Below, piece after piece: positions 1 to 8,865 of a stretch of DNA of 64,000 nucleotides. Position numbers and translations under genes: made by a program. The stretch is taken from positions 1,116,001-1,180,000 of the forward strand of contig PS015009.1 of assembly GCA_048213135.1 (NCBI GenBank), given 5' to 3'. The DNA comes from Reclinomonas americana ATCC 50394 (taxonomy: Eukaryota). The notes beneath the pieces were generated by a model. It saw only the letters and a program-made list of their open reading frames with translations, was not told the origin of the DNA and did no database searches. Position 1 is the first letter of the stretch; each line of letters opens with the position of its first letter.

Positions 1-1787
1 GATCCAGGGAAACCGTCATATTCCGATACCCGTGCATAAAAAACCGGGGAACCGCTATAATAATTGATCGGGCTGGCAGGGTTGGCAGAAATATGAAGGT
101 CCTGGCTGTAACAACGCCCGCCGGCACTTCCAGACGGGTAAATCACACTCAGATTCCTGTAAGTAAAATCCCTGGGAATTGTGGGAGATACCGCAATCAC
201 TGAGTCATACGTATAGGTTTTGACAATGGGCTTCCGGTTGATGGTATCAAAAGACACGATCTTATTGACACGAAGCCCGCCGCGGTAAGGCGTACTGAAA
301 GGGTCATTGGGAACAACATTTGGTTCATATTCAAACTCTGTATAACCGCCGGTTGGATAGTTGATCTTTTTCAGGATGCCAGCCTGAATATATAATGGGT
401 TCACATTCCGGTCGGAAGACCTGGTAGCATATTCCCCGGTAATGGTACCGCTAACCGCGTAATAATGTTCCTGTAAAAAACTGATCACTTCGCTTTTTTC
501 TGTCTCGGGCAGCATGGTTTTACTAACCCCTGTTGCTCCATTGGCATTGTAATAACCCCAATAGTCGGTTTGGTTATTGATCTTTTCACCTGTTGTGTAA
601 TCGTTCAGGTGGTAAGGAGGGAGCTCTGTTTCATCATATGCAAAGGATGTGCGGTTGATCTCTGTCGCATTCTTATCCTTGTACACCAGCGTATCCAGCC
701 GCAACCGTTTGGAATATTTTGTATCAACGGGATAATTATACAGAGAGGACTGGAAATAGGATTGGTTCAGTACCACTTCTTTGAGTACCTCCCGGTAATT
801 ACTAATGCGGATTTTTGATAATCGCTCCGGCAACAGGTCCTGGCGGTCATTTTGATAAATGAATTTTACATACCCGTTTGTAAAGCTGATGGAATCGATC
901 AGTTTTCGCTTATTGATAAATCCGCCTGTATTAAAGCCATACGTTACCACGGCGTTGTCTGTTCCGCAGGTAGTAGTAGCATTGGATTTAGGAACCTTGA
1001 TGGAATAATTGTGGCTTTCAAACGTTTCCTCGTAATCAGCAGCATTTACGTAGAAAAATTTGATGGTGTCGGTTTTGTCTGCTGAAATAACAGAGGTCAG
1101 TTGCCAGGCAGTGATATTAAAACCTGGTCCGGCCTGGTTATAGGTGCGTTCTTTTTCGGTAAACTGGTACTTATTTCCACCATCATCTAAAACCGTGAAC
1201 GTAGTGTCTGAGTTAAAGGTGATCTTTAACTGCATATCCATTGGGGTGAAGTGCAGGTTTTTATCAACGTCATAGACAAACCTGCCCGAAATACTTCCTG
1301 CATTGAATGAATAAATATCCGATTGTGTATCCCATGAGCCATTGGAAAGGTTTTCGAGATAGGTATAGTCTGTACCATTGTACCTTTTGTTGACCAGTGA
1401 TGATCGGTTGACATAAGTTGTTGTATTGGTCAGGATACCTTTTTCATCGGCCAATCCAACTATATTTCTTGATATAGAACCGCCAGCGTTCAGCACCCAT
1501 CCCAGTCCCACCGGGGTGGCTACATCGTTGAGCTTGTTCCCGGAGGCGTGATAGGACAGCGAAACCGGCAAACTTAACGAGCCAGACTTGATCTCGTACA
1601 CTGGCATACTGATATCGGGAACACCGCTACTTAAACTCACCGGCACATCGCCATATCTTCCCAATGCAGCAGCCTCGGGCGAAGGCGGTGTAAAGTTTTT
1701 AAGGCTCACAAATTCATTCTGGCCTTTGGCAATCCCGCCTGTTAATGCGAGCAGGATACCCGTTGTTACAATCATCTTTTTCATCAT
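1..1787 (-). CDS. Secreted RHS/YD-repeat-associated protein with SpvB/TcB-like N-terminus (3' part outside window)
   Basis: Not in the ORF track, consistent with no stop inside the window. Manual translation of the 5' part: MMKKMIVTTGILLALTGGIAKGQ (signal peptide), then PPSPEAAALGRYGDVPVSLSSGVPDISMPVYEI...LPVSLSYHASGNK...VGLGWVLNAGGSISR, the typical Bacteroidota RHS N-terminus. Alternative in-frame ATGs at 1793 and 1784. Confidence 0.8.
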   Translation of the reverse strand, partial: MMKKMIVTTGILLALTGGIAKGQNEFVSLKNFTPPSPEAAALGRYGDVPVSLSSGVPDISMPVYEIKSGSLSLPVSLSYHASGNKLNDVATPVGLGWVLNAGGSISRNIVGLADEKGILTNTTTYVNRSSLVNKRYNGTDYTYLENLSNGSWDTQSDIYSFNAGSISGRFVYDVDKNLHFTPMDMQLKITFNSDTTFTVLDDGGNKYQFTEKERTYNQAGPGFNITAWQLTSVISADKTDTIKFFYVNAADYEETFESHNYSIKVPKSNATTTCGTDNAVVTYGFNTGGFINKRKLIDSISFTNGYVKFIYQNDRQDLLPERLSKIRISNYREVLKEVVLNQSYFQSSLYNYPVDTKYSKRLRLDTLVYKDKNATEINRTSFAYDETELPPYHLNDYTTGEKINNQTDYWGYYNANGATGVSKTMLPETEKSEVISFLQEHYYAVSGTITGEYATRSSDRNVNPLYIQAGILKKINYPTGGYTEFEYEPNVVPNDPFSTPYRGGLRVNKIVSFDTINRKPIVKTYTYDSVIAVSPTIPRDFTYRNLSVIYPSGSAGGRCYSQDLHISANPASPINYYSGSPVFYARVSEYDGFPG

Positions 1788-1820
1788 AAACATCAGTTGA
1801 TAAATACGGAATATGGTCAG

Positions 1821-2354
1821 TTATAATTGTTCTACCAGGTTGCGGATGGTGGCGCTTACAGGGCTTATACGACCTTCAAATACAGCCACCAGCTTACCCT
1901 GTTTGTTGATGAGGAATTTCTGGAATGTTTTTCTGACCGTACTATTGGTCATTGTATTCAATGATTTTTGTGTAAGCCATTTATACAGATCACAGGCAGA
2001 GCCACCTGTAACCAACTGCTTTGCAGCAAGCGGAAAATGAAGGTTATAAGTGCCAGCGCAATAAGCCGCAATCTCAGCATTGCTACGGGGCTCTGTATTG
2101 AAGCTGTTGGTAGGCACTCCTATAACCACAACACTGTCCTTATATAATTGATAAAGCTGTTCCAGCTCCGCCAGTTGGCTCGTAAGTGAATCCTCTGTTG
2201 CCACATTCACAATCAGCATTTTCTTACCCTGGTAATTGGCAAGATCAATTTGCTGCGATCCGGCAACCGAATCCATCTTTATTGAATAAATGGGCGTTTG
2301 GGCAAACGACACCCTCATCGCCAGTACCATTACAATAAACAGTAGCCTTTTCAT
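1821..2354 (-). CDS. Exported glutathione peroxidase-fold protein, catalytic residues absent
   Basis: Signal peptide; GKKMLIVNVA, LEQLYQLYKD, GVPTNSF..EP and FQKFLINKQG align with GPx motifs, but NVASxCG reads NVATEDS. Confidence 0.8.
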   Translation of the reverse strand: MKRLLFIVMVLAMRVSFAQTPIYSIKMDSVAGSQQIDLANYQGKKMLIVNVATEDSLTSQLAELEQLYQLYKDSVVVIGVPTNSFNTEPRSNAEIAAYCAGTYNLHFPLAAKQLVTGGSACDLYKWLTQKSLNTMTNSTVRKTFQKFLINKQGKLVAVFEGRISPVSATIRNLVEQL

Positions 2355-2377
2355 ATTTGTCTTTTATTTAGTGGTCT

Positions 2378-3928
2378 TTATTTAAAGTTGTAGCCAACCC
2401 TGAACAGTACCGGCTGACTTACCGGCACATGATTCCGGTAAAAAGCATCAAACAAAAGCTGGAGTTTGGTGCCTTTAAAGAATTTTGTTTTTACATCTAT
2501 CTTTTTGCTGATGCCGATCAAACCGGCGGTTTGCCACCTGCTGTAATCTTTCAGTTGTTCTATGTTTTTAAACCCTGCATTCTGGTTCAATTCAAGCCCT
2601 CCGCTCACATAGAATTGTTTCTTCAGTTTCCAGTCAATAAAACTGCGGATGCCGATACCCTGGTGGGTAATGCTCAGCCGGTCGATACGACCAAAACCCA
2701 TCTTATAACTGGCCCCAACGCCCACAATACTTTTATCGTTGATCTTATACCCGATGCTTAAAGCAATATCTGCAGTGCCGGGCAGAAGATGATTCGCTTT
2801 CCCAAACTGGATGTTGGTGCCATACTCCAATCGCTGGGCAAAGGTTTTTGTTCGCTGGTTGTTGGGCCGGAAGTTGGGCACCTCATCGCTGCTGTTGCTG
2901 CCTCCGGTTTGTAATATCTTGTCTTTTAATTTGGTAAGTTCCGCCTGTGCCCGTTCCACGTTTTGAGAAATGACCTGCCCGGCGTTAGGGCCGCCTGCAG
3001 CAATTCGCTGCTGGATCATCGCCTGCATACCGGCGCGGGTTTGCAGGCCTGCCAGGTTAGGTGTATTGCCATTGGAAGCGGATTGCGGGAACAGGGAAGC
3101 CAGCATACTGTTCTGTTGCGTAAACTGCTTAAAGGCTGGGATTTTGTTAAGGATTTTGAGGGCCGTCTCTTCCGCCTTCTTAGGATCGCTGAACAGCTCT
3201 TTGTAATTGCGAAGTGTTTCTACATAATAATAGGCCTCTTTATCAATTTTTGTGAGGTACTTACTCTTGCCGATATACTTAACCGCCTCATCAATAAGCT
3301 GCCTTTTCCTTTGTTTGATAAAAGCTTCCACCGCTTCCGTATTACTGATGTCCTGTTCAAGACTATTCAGTTTTTGACTGGCCTGGTTGAGCGGTTGAAG
3401 TATTCCTTTATTTAATTTATCCTTCTGATCTTCCAGGTAGTGAAGGCTGGTATAAATCTTATCCCGGTATTCGTTGTACCTGGCCTTGTATCCATCCGCA
3501 ACCGCTTTGCCCTCCCTTACTTTCTGAAGCAGGGAACTGAAACTCATCTGCCCGTTGCCAAAGAGCTTTTGAGCCGCCTCAGGACTTGCTTTTTCAAGCA
3601 GTCCTTTAATTTTGTTTTCCCACTTACTGAGTTTTGCAAGTGTTCTCTCTGTTTTGCCGGTAATGCGGTCGCTGTATTTACCAATCTTATTGTCAATGCG
3701 GGTGATGTACTTTTTGGGAATGTCTTGTATGGATTGAATTACAGTATCTGCCCTTTTGCTAACAGCACCTGCTTTTTGCACAGCCTGGTCGTTTTTTACC
3801 GACAGTACTTTTTCATATGGAGAAGAGGCCGCAGCAGGTTGGTGCAGTGGTTCCGCCTGCTGTGCAAAAACTGCTGCAGGAAGAAAATAAAGTATATACG
3901 CAAGTATGCGACAATAATTTTGTCTCAT
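2378..3928 (-). CDS. Exported protein: long coiled coil plus probable C-terminal outer-membrane beta-barrel
   Basis: 516 aa; signal peptide; K/E/Q-rich helical N-terminal two thirds; alternating beta-strand pattern in the last ~150 aa ending RVGYNFK. Confidence 0.7.
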   Translation of the reverse strand: MRQNYCRILAYILYFLPAAVFAQQAEPLHQPAAASSPYEKVLSVKNDQAVQKAGAVSKRADTVIQSIQDIPKKYITRIDNKIGKYSDRITGKTERTLAKLSKWENKIKGLLEKASPEAAQKLFGNGQMSFSSLLQKVREGKAVADGYKARYNEYRDKIYTSLHYLEDQKDKLNKGILQPLNQASQKLNSLEQDISNTEAVEAFIKQRKRQLIDEAVKYIGKSKYLTKIDKEAYYYVETLRNYKELFSDPKKAEETALKILNKIPAFKQFTQQNSMLASLFPQSASNGNTPNLAGLQTRAGMQAMIQQRIAAGGPNAGQVISQNVERAQAELTKLKDKILQTGGSNSSDEVPNFRPNNQRTKTFAQRLEYGTNIQFGKANHLLPGTADIALSIGYKINDKSIVGVGASYKMGFGRIDRLSITHQGIGIRSFIDWKLKKQFYVSGGLELNQNAGFKNIEQLKDYSRWQTAGLIGISKKIDVKTKFFKGTKLQLLFDAFYRNHVPVSQPVLFRVGYNFK

Positions 3929-4416
3929 AAGCTGGCCCGTTGCCGGGTGTTTATTGGGTTAATTTACAGATGCCCGTATCTTCCAATTTCCACACATCCT
4001 ACAAAAAATGGTACAGATATGCTTTCCTTGTTTTCACACGAATTCATTATTCTATCATCATTTGCCCATGGCAAAAAGGTTATGCCATAGCAAAAAAGTT
4101 CCTGGATAATTTCATACGGGGACGAAGAAAACTCACAAAAGAGGAGCGAGAGAGGAGCGCTGGTTTTATTGATATTCTCGAAAGCGAATCTATGGTATTC
4201 GATAATTATAAAAAATACCACAAAGTGGTAATGGCGAGGCGTTAAAAGTCTTTATACGTCGTAGTTGAGTAAGCGTGTTTGAGTATCTGTGCTAAGCTGG
4301 AGAAAGAAGAATACCCGGACACAGTGCGGTAGAATTATACGTCACAAGTGATCTTACAGAACATTTGCGCCAGAAGGGGAAATTGTTTTGCAAATATTTT
4401 TATTGGCAGCGATATT

Positions 4417-5784
4417 TTAGAAAAGGCAGTTTTTAAGCATGGAAAAGAAACTCTGGTCTTGATTTTTTAAATCAACAAAAACAGAAACTGGATTTTTTTG
4501 CCTTAGTATGTTTTCCTTTTGACGATTTGATTTTTCGCTTGTATATAACCAAGCTAAAGAGCCAATCGCAAGAGGAAGAAATGAAATGTCATTTTTAATA
4601 ATTGGGATCCCAATGTTAGCAACAAGCCATTGCTTCCTTGACAATTCTGCTTGTTTCTTAATGTCTTTCCATTCTGCTTCTGCTTTTTTTAATTCCTCAA
4701 GAAAAGCCTCGTTCAAATCCTTAATTTTTGAATCGGTTAAATTTTCAATTTTAATACCATTTAACTCTGAAAATACTTTCTTTAACTGTTGGCGTACCCC
4801 TGAAAGTCTATCCTCCTTTCTTAATTCTAAAGCGAAGCCAGTATCAACGCTATTCAAGAAATTTAAAGGAATTTGGGAATAAATCCTGTTAGTCTTAACC
4901 CAAAAATCATCAACTCCATACTCGTTAATTTGTTGCCATCTTGCTTCAGAAGGAGTATAGATATTTCCATCAGTTATTTCAGAAACCAATATCATTGATT
5001 CTAAAGGTCCGCCACCTTTTGTTGGAGCTACCATTTTTTCATTCAGCGGAATATTTAATTTTGTGTAAAGTGGGTTAACATTTTTATGTCCCTTAATAAT
5101 TACCTCTGAAAATTCTTCTGCGTCCCTTTCGGTAAATTTAGGTTGTGTCATTTCCAAAAGTGAGGTAATTATATATTCTTTGCTTCTACCTTTGTAAATA
5201 AGAGAAAACTGTTCTGCTAAATTTTCCATTATATCATTACGGCTAAGATTGAAGTATTTTTCAGTATCTAATGCAGAAACTCTTTTTTTAACTCGGAGGT
5301 CTAACTCATCTCTAAGCCTTAAATCATATTCGTAAGGATTTATAATAAGCTTTACGATTCCGGCCTTAACCCATTTTTGAATAACTATATAAAAATATAA
5401 TGAATCAAGAAAATCTGGAAGCCAATATTTAGGATTTTTTCTAGGGTCAAATTTTTGATTTGTTACAGATGGGTTTTGTAGTGGATGAAAAACAATGATT
5501 TTTTCAGAATATAAAGAAAATCGTACAACTTCATCTATTATCTTCCTTGCTTTTATGTCACCATAGTGAATACTTGAAAATGTTGATTTGCACTTTTCTA
5601 GTTCAGAAACATAGTTGTGGTTTCTTGGGAATATTTCGGCAAATGTCTTATATGTCTTTTTTATCTTTTCTAATGTTACATTCTTTGAAATATCATCCCA
5701 TGTTTTTGACTTCTTAATATTAAACTGTTGATTAAGGAAATCGAAAAAGTAATCATTCTGTATATCAAAGTAGTCTTTTTGCAT
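4417..5784 (-). CDS. Hypothetical protein in AT-rich islet
   Basis: 455-aa ORF with AT-rich codons; C-terminal coiled coil followed by a hydrophobic segment (WLVANIGIP...FLPLAIGSLAWLY). Confidence 0.75.
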   Translation of the reverse strand: MQKDYFDIQNDYFFDFLNQQFNIKKSKTWDDISKNVTLEKIKKTYKTFAEIFPRNHNYVSELEKCKSTFSSIHYGDIKARKIIDEVVRFSLYSEKIIVFHPLQNPSVTNQKFDPRKNPKYWLPDFLDSLYFYIVIQKWVKAGIVKLIINPYEYDLRLRDELDLRVKKRVSALDTEKYFNLSRNDIMENLAEQFSLIYKGRSKEYIITSLLEMTQPKFTERDAEEFSEVIIKGHKNVNPLYTKLNIPLNEKMVAPTKGGGPLESMILVSEITDGNIYTPSEARWQQINEYGVDDFWVKTNRIYSQIPLNFLNSVDTGFALELRKEDRLSGVRQQLKKVFSELNGIKIENLTDSKIKDLNEAFLEELKKAEAEWKDIKKQAELSRKQWLVANIGIPIIKNDISFLPLAIGSLAWLYTSEKSNRQKENILRQKNPVSVFVDLKNQDQSFFSMLKNCLF

Positions 5785-5966
5785 TTGTCTGGTATTACTG
5801 TAAGATTATCGGCAATATTAGAGGCTTTATGAAGCTGGAGAATCTTCCAACTTTTCTTCATAATACAAATTTCTCTTTTCAGAAAAAACAAATATTTAAA
5901 CCTCGAATTCAGAAATAGAAAATCAGATTTAAATCGTGTTTGGAAATATTATCTAACAAAGAAAAA

Positions 5967-6206
5967 TTATTTGTCCGCTAATTTACTAAGGAGCCAAACA
6001 GCCAAAATAAAACCGCCAATTGTTAGCCCAGCTTTCACCACATCATCCGAGTTTTTTTCAGACAGAAATTTATCATATTGCTCTTTAGTAATATTTCCGT
6101 TAGTATAAAGAATAGTCATGTATTCTTTTTTCTCTTCTGAAGTGGCTCTATTTGTAGAGATTAGATTTTTTAACTGCAATAAACGGTTGTATTGAGTATT
6201 ATTCAT
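5967..6206 (-). CDS. Small protein with C-terminal transmembrane helix
   Basis: 79 aa ending GLTIGGFILAVWLLSKLADK; start overlaps the upstream stop (ATGA). Confidence 0.65.
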   Translation of the reverse strand: MNNTQYNRLLQLKNLISTNRATSEEKKEYMTILYTNGNITKEQYDKFLSEKNSDDVVKAGLTIGGFILAVWLLSKLADK

Positions 6207-6475
6207 GACTTTGTCCTTTTTGAATTTACAGCATCAAACAATTTAGGAATTAAAACATCAATTTGCTTGCCAATCTGATCGATAACCTGCTGTTGTAGGT
6301 CATCTCGGCTTTTTAATTCCTGCTGTTTAATTTTCAAATCAGTTATTTCATCTTTTAAATCTTCGATTTTATCACGAAGGTACTCCTTCATATTATGGCG
6401 TGAGCTAAGAAATGCTACTATAGCAGAAGCTATTATTCCAAAAATATAAATAAGGTCTTTCAATTCAAATTTCAT
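6203..6475 (-). CDS. Small protein with N-terminal TM helix and coiled coil
   Basis: 90 aa; LIYIFGIIASAIVAFL then heptad-like IEDLKDEITDLKIKQQEL. Confidence 0.65.
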   Translation of the reverse strand: MKFELKDLIYIFGIIASAIVAFLSSRHNMKEYLRDKIEDLKDEITDLKIKQQELKSRDDLQQQVIDQIGKQIDVLIPKLFDAVNSKRTKS

Positions 6476-6945
6476 AAATATATTTATTAATCTATCCTTC
6501 TAAATCTTCTCCAGCTTGTCGACAATAATGCGATTCTATAATACGTAGCTATGTATTTCAGTTAAGGAAATTTTCAAGAAGAAATGTTACTTAATAAATA
6601 CTACTACATGTATTGAAACAGTAAGTAATTTGAAATTTCGTTGGTATAATAAGTGTGCTAGAACCTCCCTTGCTCTAACAAGATATAGTTTATCTCCACC
6701 AAGGAGGTTGGAGTTTGAAATTTTCGCTGTTTGTCTTTTTTGTCATTCTTTGTGAAGTAAAATTTGGCAAAATTGTCGCAAAATCGAATATTCCAAAACC
6801 TTCAATCATTCTACTGAACAGTTATTCATAAACTAAGTCGATTTAATCAGAATATCGCTCTCCAGGGCATTTACAGGATACGTCGGAGCTTAAAGACTTG
6901 CTGGTACTTTGCTAATTTATATTTATTTTTTTAACAATACAAAAA

Positions 6946-7143
6946 CTACCCCGTCGCCACCAGCAACTCCCTCACATTCACTTTCAATACTTCGGCGATT
7001 TTAAAAAGAGTTTCAATAGAAGGCTGCTGATCATTGGTACACCAGCGGGAGACAGTTTGCGGAGATACGGCCAGGGCTTCGGCCAGTTTATTATTGGTCC
7101 ATTTCTTTTCTACAAGCACTATTTTGATACGGTTAAGGTCCAT
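6946..7143 (-). CDS. XRE-family helix-turn-helix transcriptional regulator
   Basis: 65 aa: NRIKIVLVEK...LAEALAVSPQTVSRWCTNDQQPSIETLFKIAEVL, typical Bacteroidota HTH_3. Confidence 0.9.
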   Translation of the reverse strand: MDLNRIKIVLVEKKWTNNKLAEALAVSPQTVSRWCTNDQQPSIETLFKIAEVLKVNVRELLVATG

Positions 7144-7147
7144 ACTT

Positions 7148-7155
7148 CAAATATA
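7148..7155 (-). promoter_or_regulatory. Bacteroidota sigma-A -7 element for the XRE gene
   Basis: TATATTTG on the minus strand matches TAnnTTTG, 4 nt before the ATG. Confidence 0.6.
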
Positions 7156-7286
7156 AACCCTCCCTATGAGAGCCATTTTTAAGCATTTTTATTATATAAT
7201 ATCAAATTTTTGATTGTATATCATGTATTTTTATCGTATAATATCATAAATTGCGTGTATTAAATCAGTAAATAAATTTTTTCCGT

Positions 7287-7583
7287 ATGAAAATGACTTC
7301 CTTATCTCCCTCCCTCGCCATCCTCCCCCAATCCCTGCAAAACCTCTACCACAACTTCCAGCAACAACCTTCCCCGCATACCGCCCGGAAGCTGCTTAAA
7401 GAATATTTCGCCTGCTTTGGCCGCAACACAGTTAACCGTGAGCTGTGGCGTATGCTCGCCGGCGCCCTCAGCGATCCTGAAATGCCAGGGTTAAAGAAAG
7501 GTGTTCAGCGGCACAACCTGCTGTTCTTTTACGAGTTCACCCTCATTTTTATGGAAGCGGCGGAGTTGCTGGCGAAGGAATGA
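7287..7583 (+). CDS. Hypothetical protein divergent from the XRE regulator
   Basis: 98-aa ORF after an AT-rich leader; LWRMLAGALS...RHNLLFFYEF resembles small Chitinophagaceae accessory proteins. Confidence 0.6.
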   Translation: MKMTSLSPSLAILPQSLQNLYHNFQQQPSPHTARKLLKEYFACFGRNTVNRELWRMLAGALSDPEMPGLKKGVQRHNLLFFYEFTLIFMEAAELLAKE

Positions 7584-7588
7584 TGAAA

Positions 7589-7903
7589 GATTTCACCGCA
7601 AAGAACAAAAGAACGCAGAGGTTACGCAAAGGTTTTCTCCGTGCATCTCTGTGAAAACACGCTGTGACCTCTGTGAAAATTTTACCGCAAAGAACGAGAG
7701 AACGCAGAGGCATCGCAAAGAATTCTCTCCATGTCTCTCCGTAAAAAAAATCATCACCGCGGTCTCGTGCCGAAGACCCCGGCGGAACAATAGAGGTAAC
7801 GCTGAGGTTACGGACTTTCTCTGTGAAGCTCTGTGAAAACACTCCGTGTATCTCCGTGAAAAATCATCACCGGGGTCTCGTGCAAAAGACCCCGGCGGAA
7901 CAA
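7589..7903. repeat. Composite REP/MITE-like element, copy 1
   Basis: Sub-units TTT(C)ACCGCAAAGAAC..GAACGCAGAG...CTCTGTGAAAA and hairpins such as CCGGGGTCT-N8-AGACCCCGG (7870-7895); colinear with 9959-10270. Confidence 0.85.
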
Positions 7904-7981
7904 CAGTGTGTAAATTCAAAGATTGTTCGCAACAAAAAAGAGCGGCTCATCGCCGCCCTTTTCACTTTACCATTAAAACTC

Positions 7982-8695
7982 TTACATTTTCAACGCCTGC
8001 AAAGCTTTGTACTCGGCCGACTGGTTGCCGTACTGGCTGCGGGTGTAAGCCTTAATACGTACGCAGCGGTCTTGCAGGTCGGCGTACAGCGCCTGCCGTT
8101 CGTTGCGGCGGGCACGCATTTGCTCCAGCCGGGCAGCCACGGCGTTGTTGGCCTCGGTTAGTTTTACCACAAAAGCCTGCAGTGCCACCAGCGTTATACC
8201 CTTGGTACTGCTGGCATAGTCGCCAAAACTGCCCAGGGTGGTTACCAAATCGCTGAAATACTGCGTTTGCGAGCCAAAGCTTTTCTCACTCTGGCTTACG
8301 GTTTTTTCAGCCTCCGGTTGGGTGGGGTCGGCGGGTAGCTTTACCAGTTTGCTTTTGCGCATTACTTTAATAATGGCGCCCACCTGCTGCGCTTCGTGGC
8401 TGGTACGGCCATACTGGGCATCTACCGCTCCGCGAATGAGGGTCAGCATTTTGGTTACTGATCCTGTTTCGCCGGTAAACAACTGCTGCCGCAGCGATAC
8501 CTCACGGCTGTACTTCGCCTGCCTGTCGGTTTCGGCTTCATTACCGGCGGCAATGATTTGAATAAGCACCTGTAACTCCGCCAGCGTTTCCTTAGTGCGG
8601 GGCGGGGCATAGCCCTCCCAGGTTTTTATAAACTCTGTTGCATCCTGCAACTTGCGCAATCTTGCGCCAAACGATGTTTCCGCTTTGGAACTCAT
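7982..8695 (-). CDS. All-helical hypothetical protein with two-fold internal repeat
   Basis: Likely start MSSKAETSFG at 8695 (track start 8737); both halves share E.SFG...Y...TL..LQ...N.A...RQ.L...QYG..S.E. Confidence 0.8.
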   Translation of the reverse strand: MSSKAETSFGARLRKLQDATEFIKTWEGYAPPRTKETLAELQVLIQIIAAGNEAETDRQAKYSREVSLRQQLFTGETGSVTKMLTLIRGAVDAQYGRTSHEAQQVGAIIKVMRKSKLVKLPADPTQPEAEKTVSQSEKSFGSQTQYFSDLVTTLGSFGDYASSTKGITLVALQAFVVKLTEANNAVAARLEQMRARRNERQALYADLQDRCVRIKAYTRSQYGNQSAEYKALQALKM

Positions 8696-8865
8696 AACAG
8701 ATACGAATTTTTGGTCTTTCGAGCGATATTGCTCCACCCAAAGACGAAAAACACCTGTATCCGGTTCCCTCTCTTGTATCTGCGTACATTTACTTGCCGT
8801 TGAAATAACATTTTGTAAACAGCATAAAAAAATGGGTGAGTGATCATAACAACTACAACGGCGAA

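Noticed and set aside
1821-2354. Selenocysteine glutathione peroxidase
   Set aside because: The active-site position is a GAT codon and there is no in-frame TGA
3940-4245. 101-aa + strand ORF and the antisense 85-aa ORF
   Set aside because: Weak starts and no recognisable motif; at most a 3' gene remnant
7501-8161. Several overlapping ORFs here and at 9991-10334
   Set aside because: They are translations of the REP-like repeats or antisense to real genes
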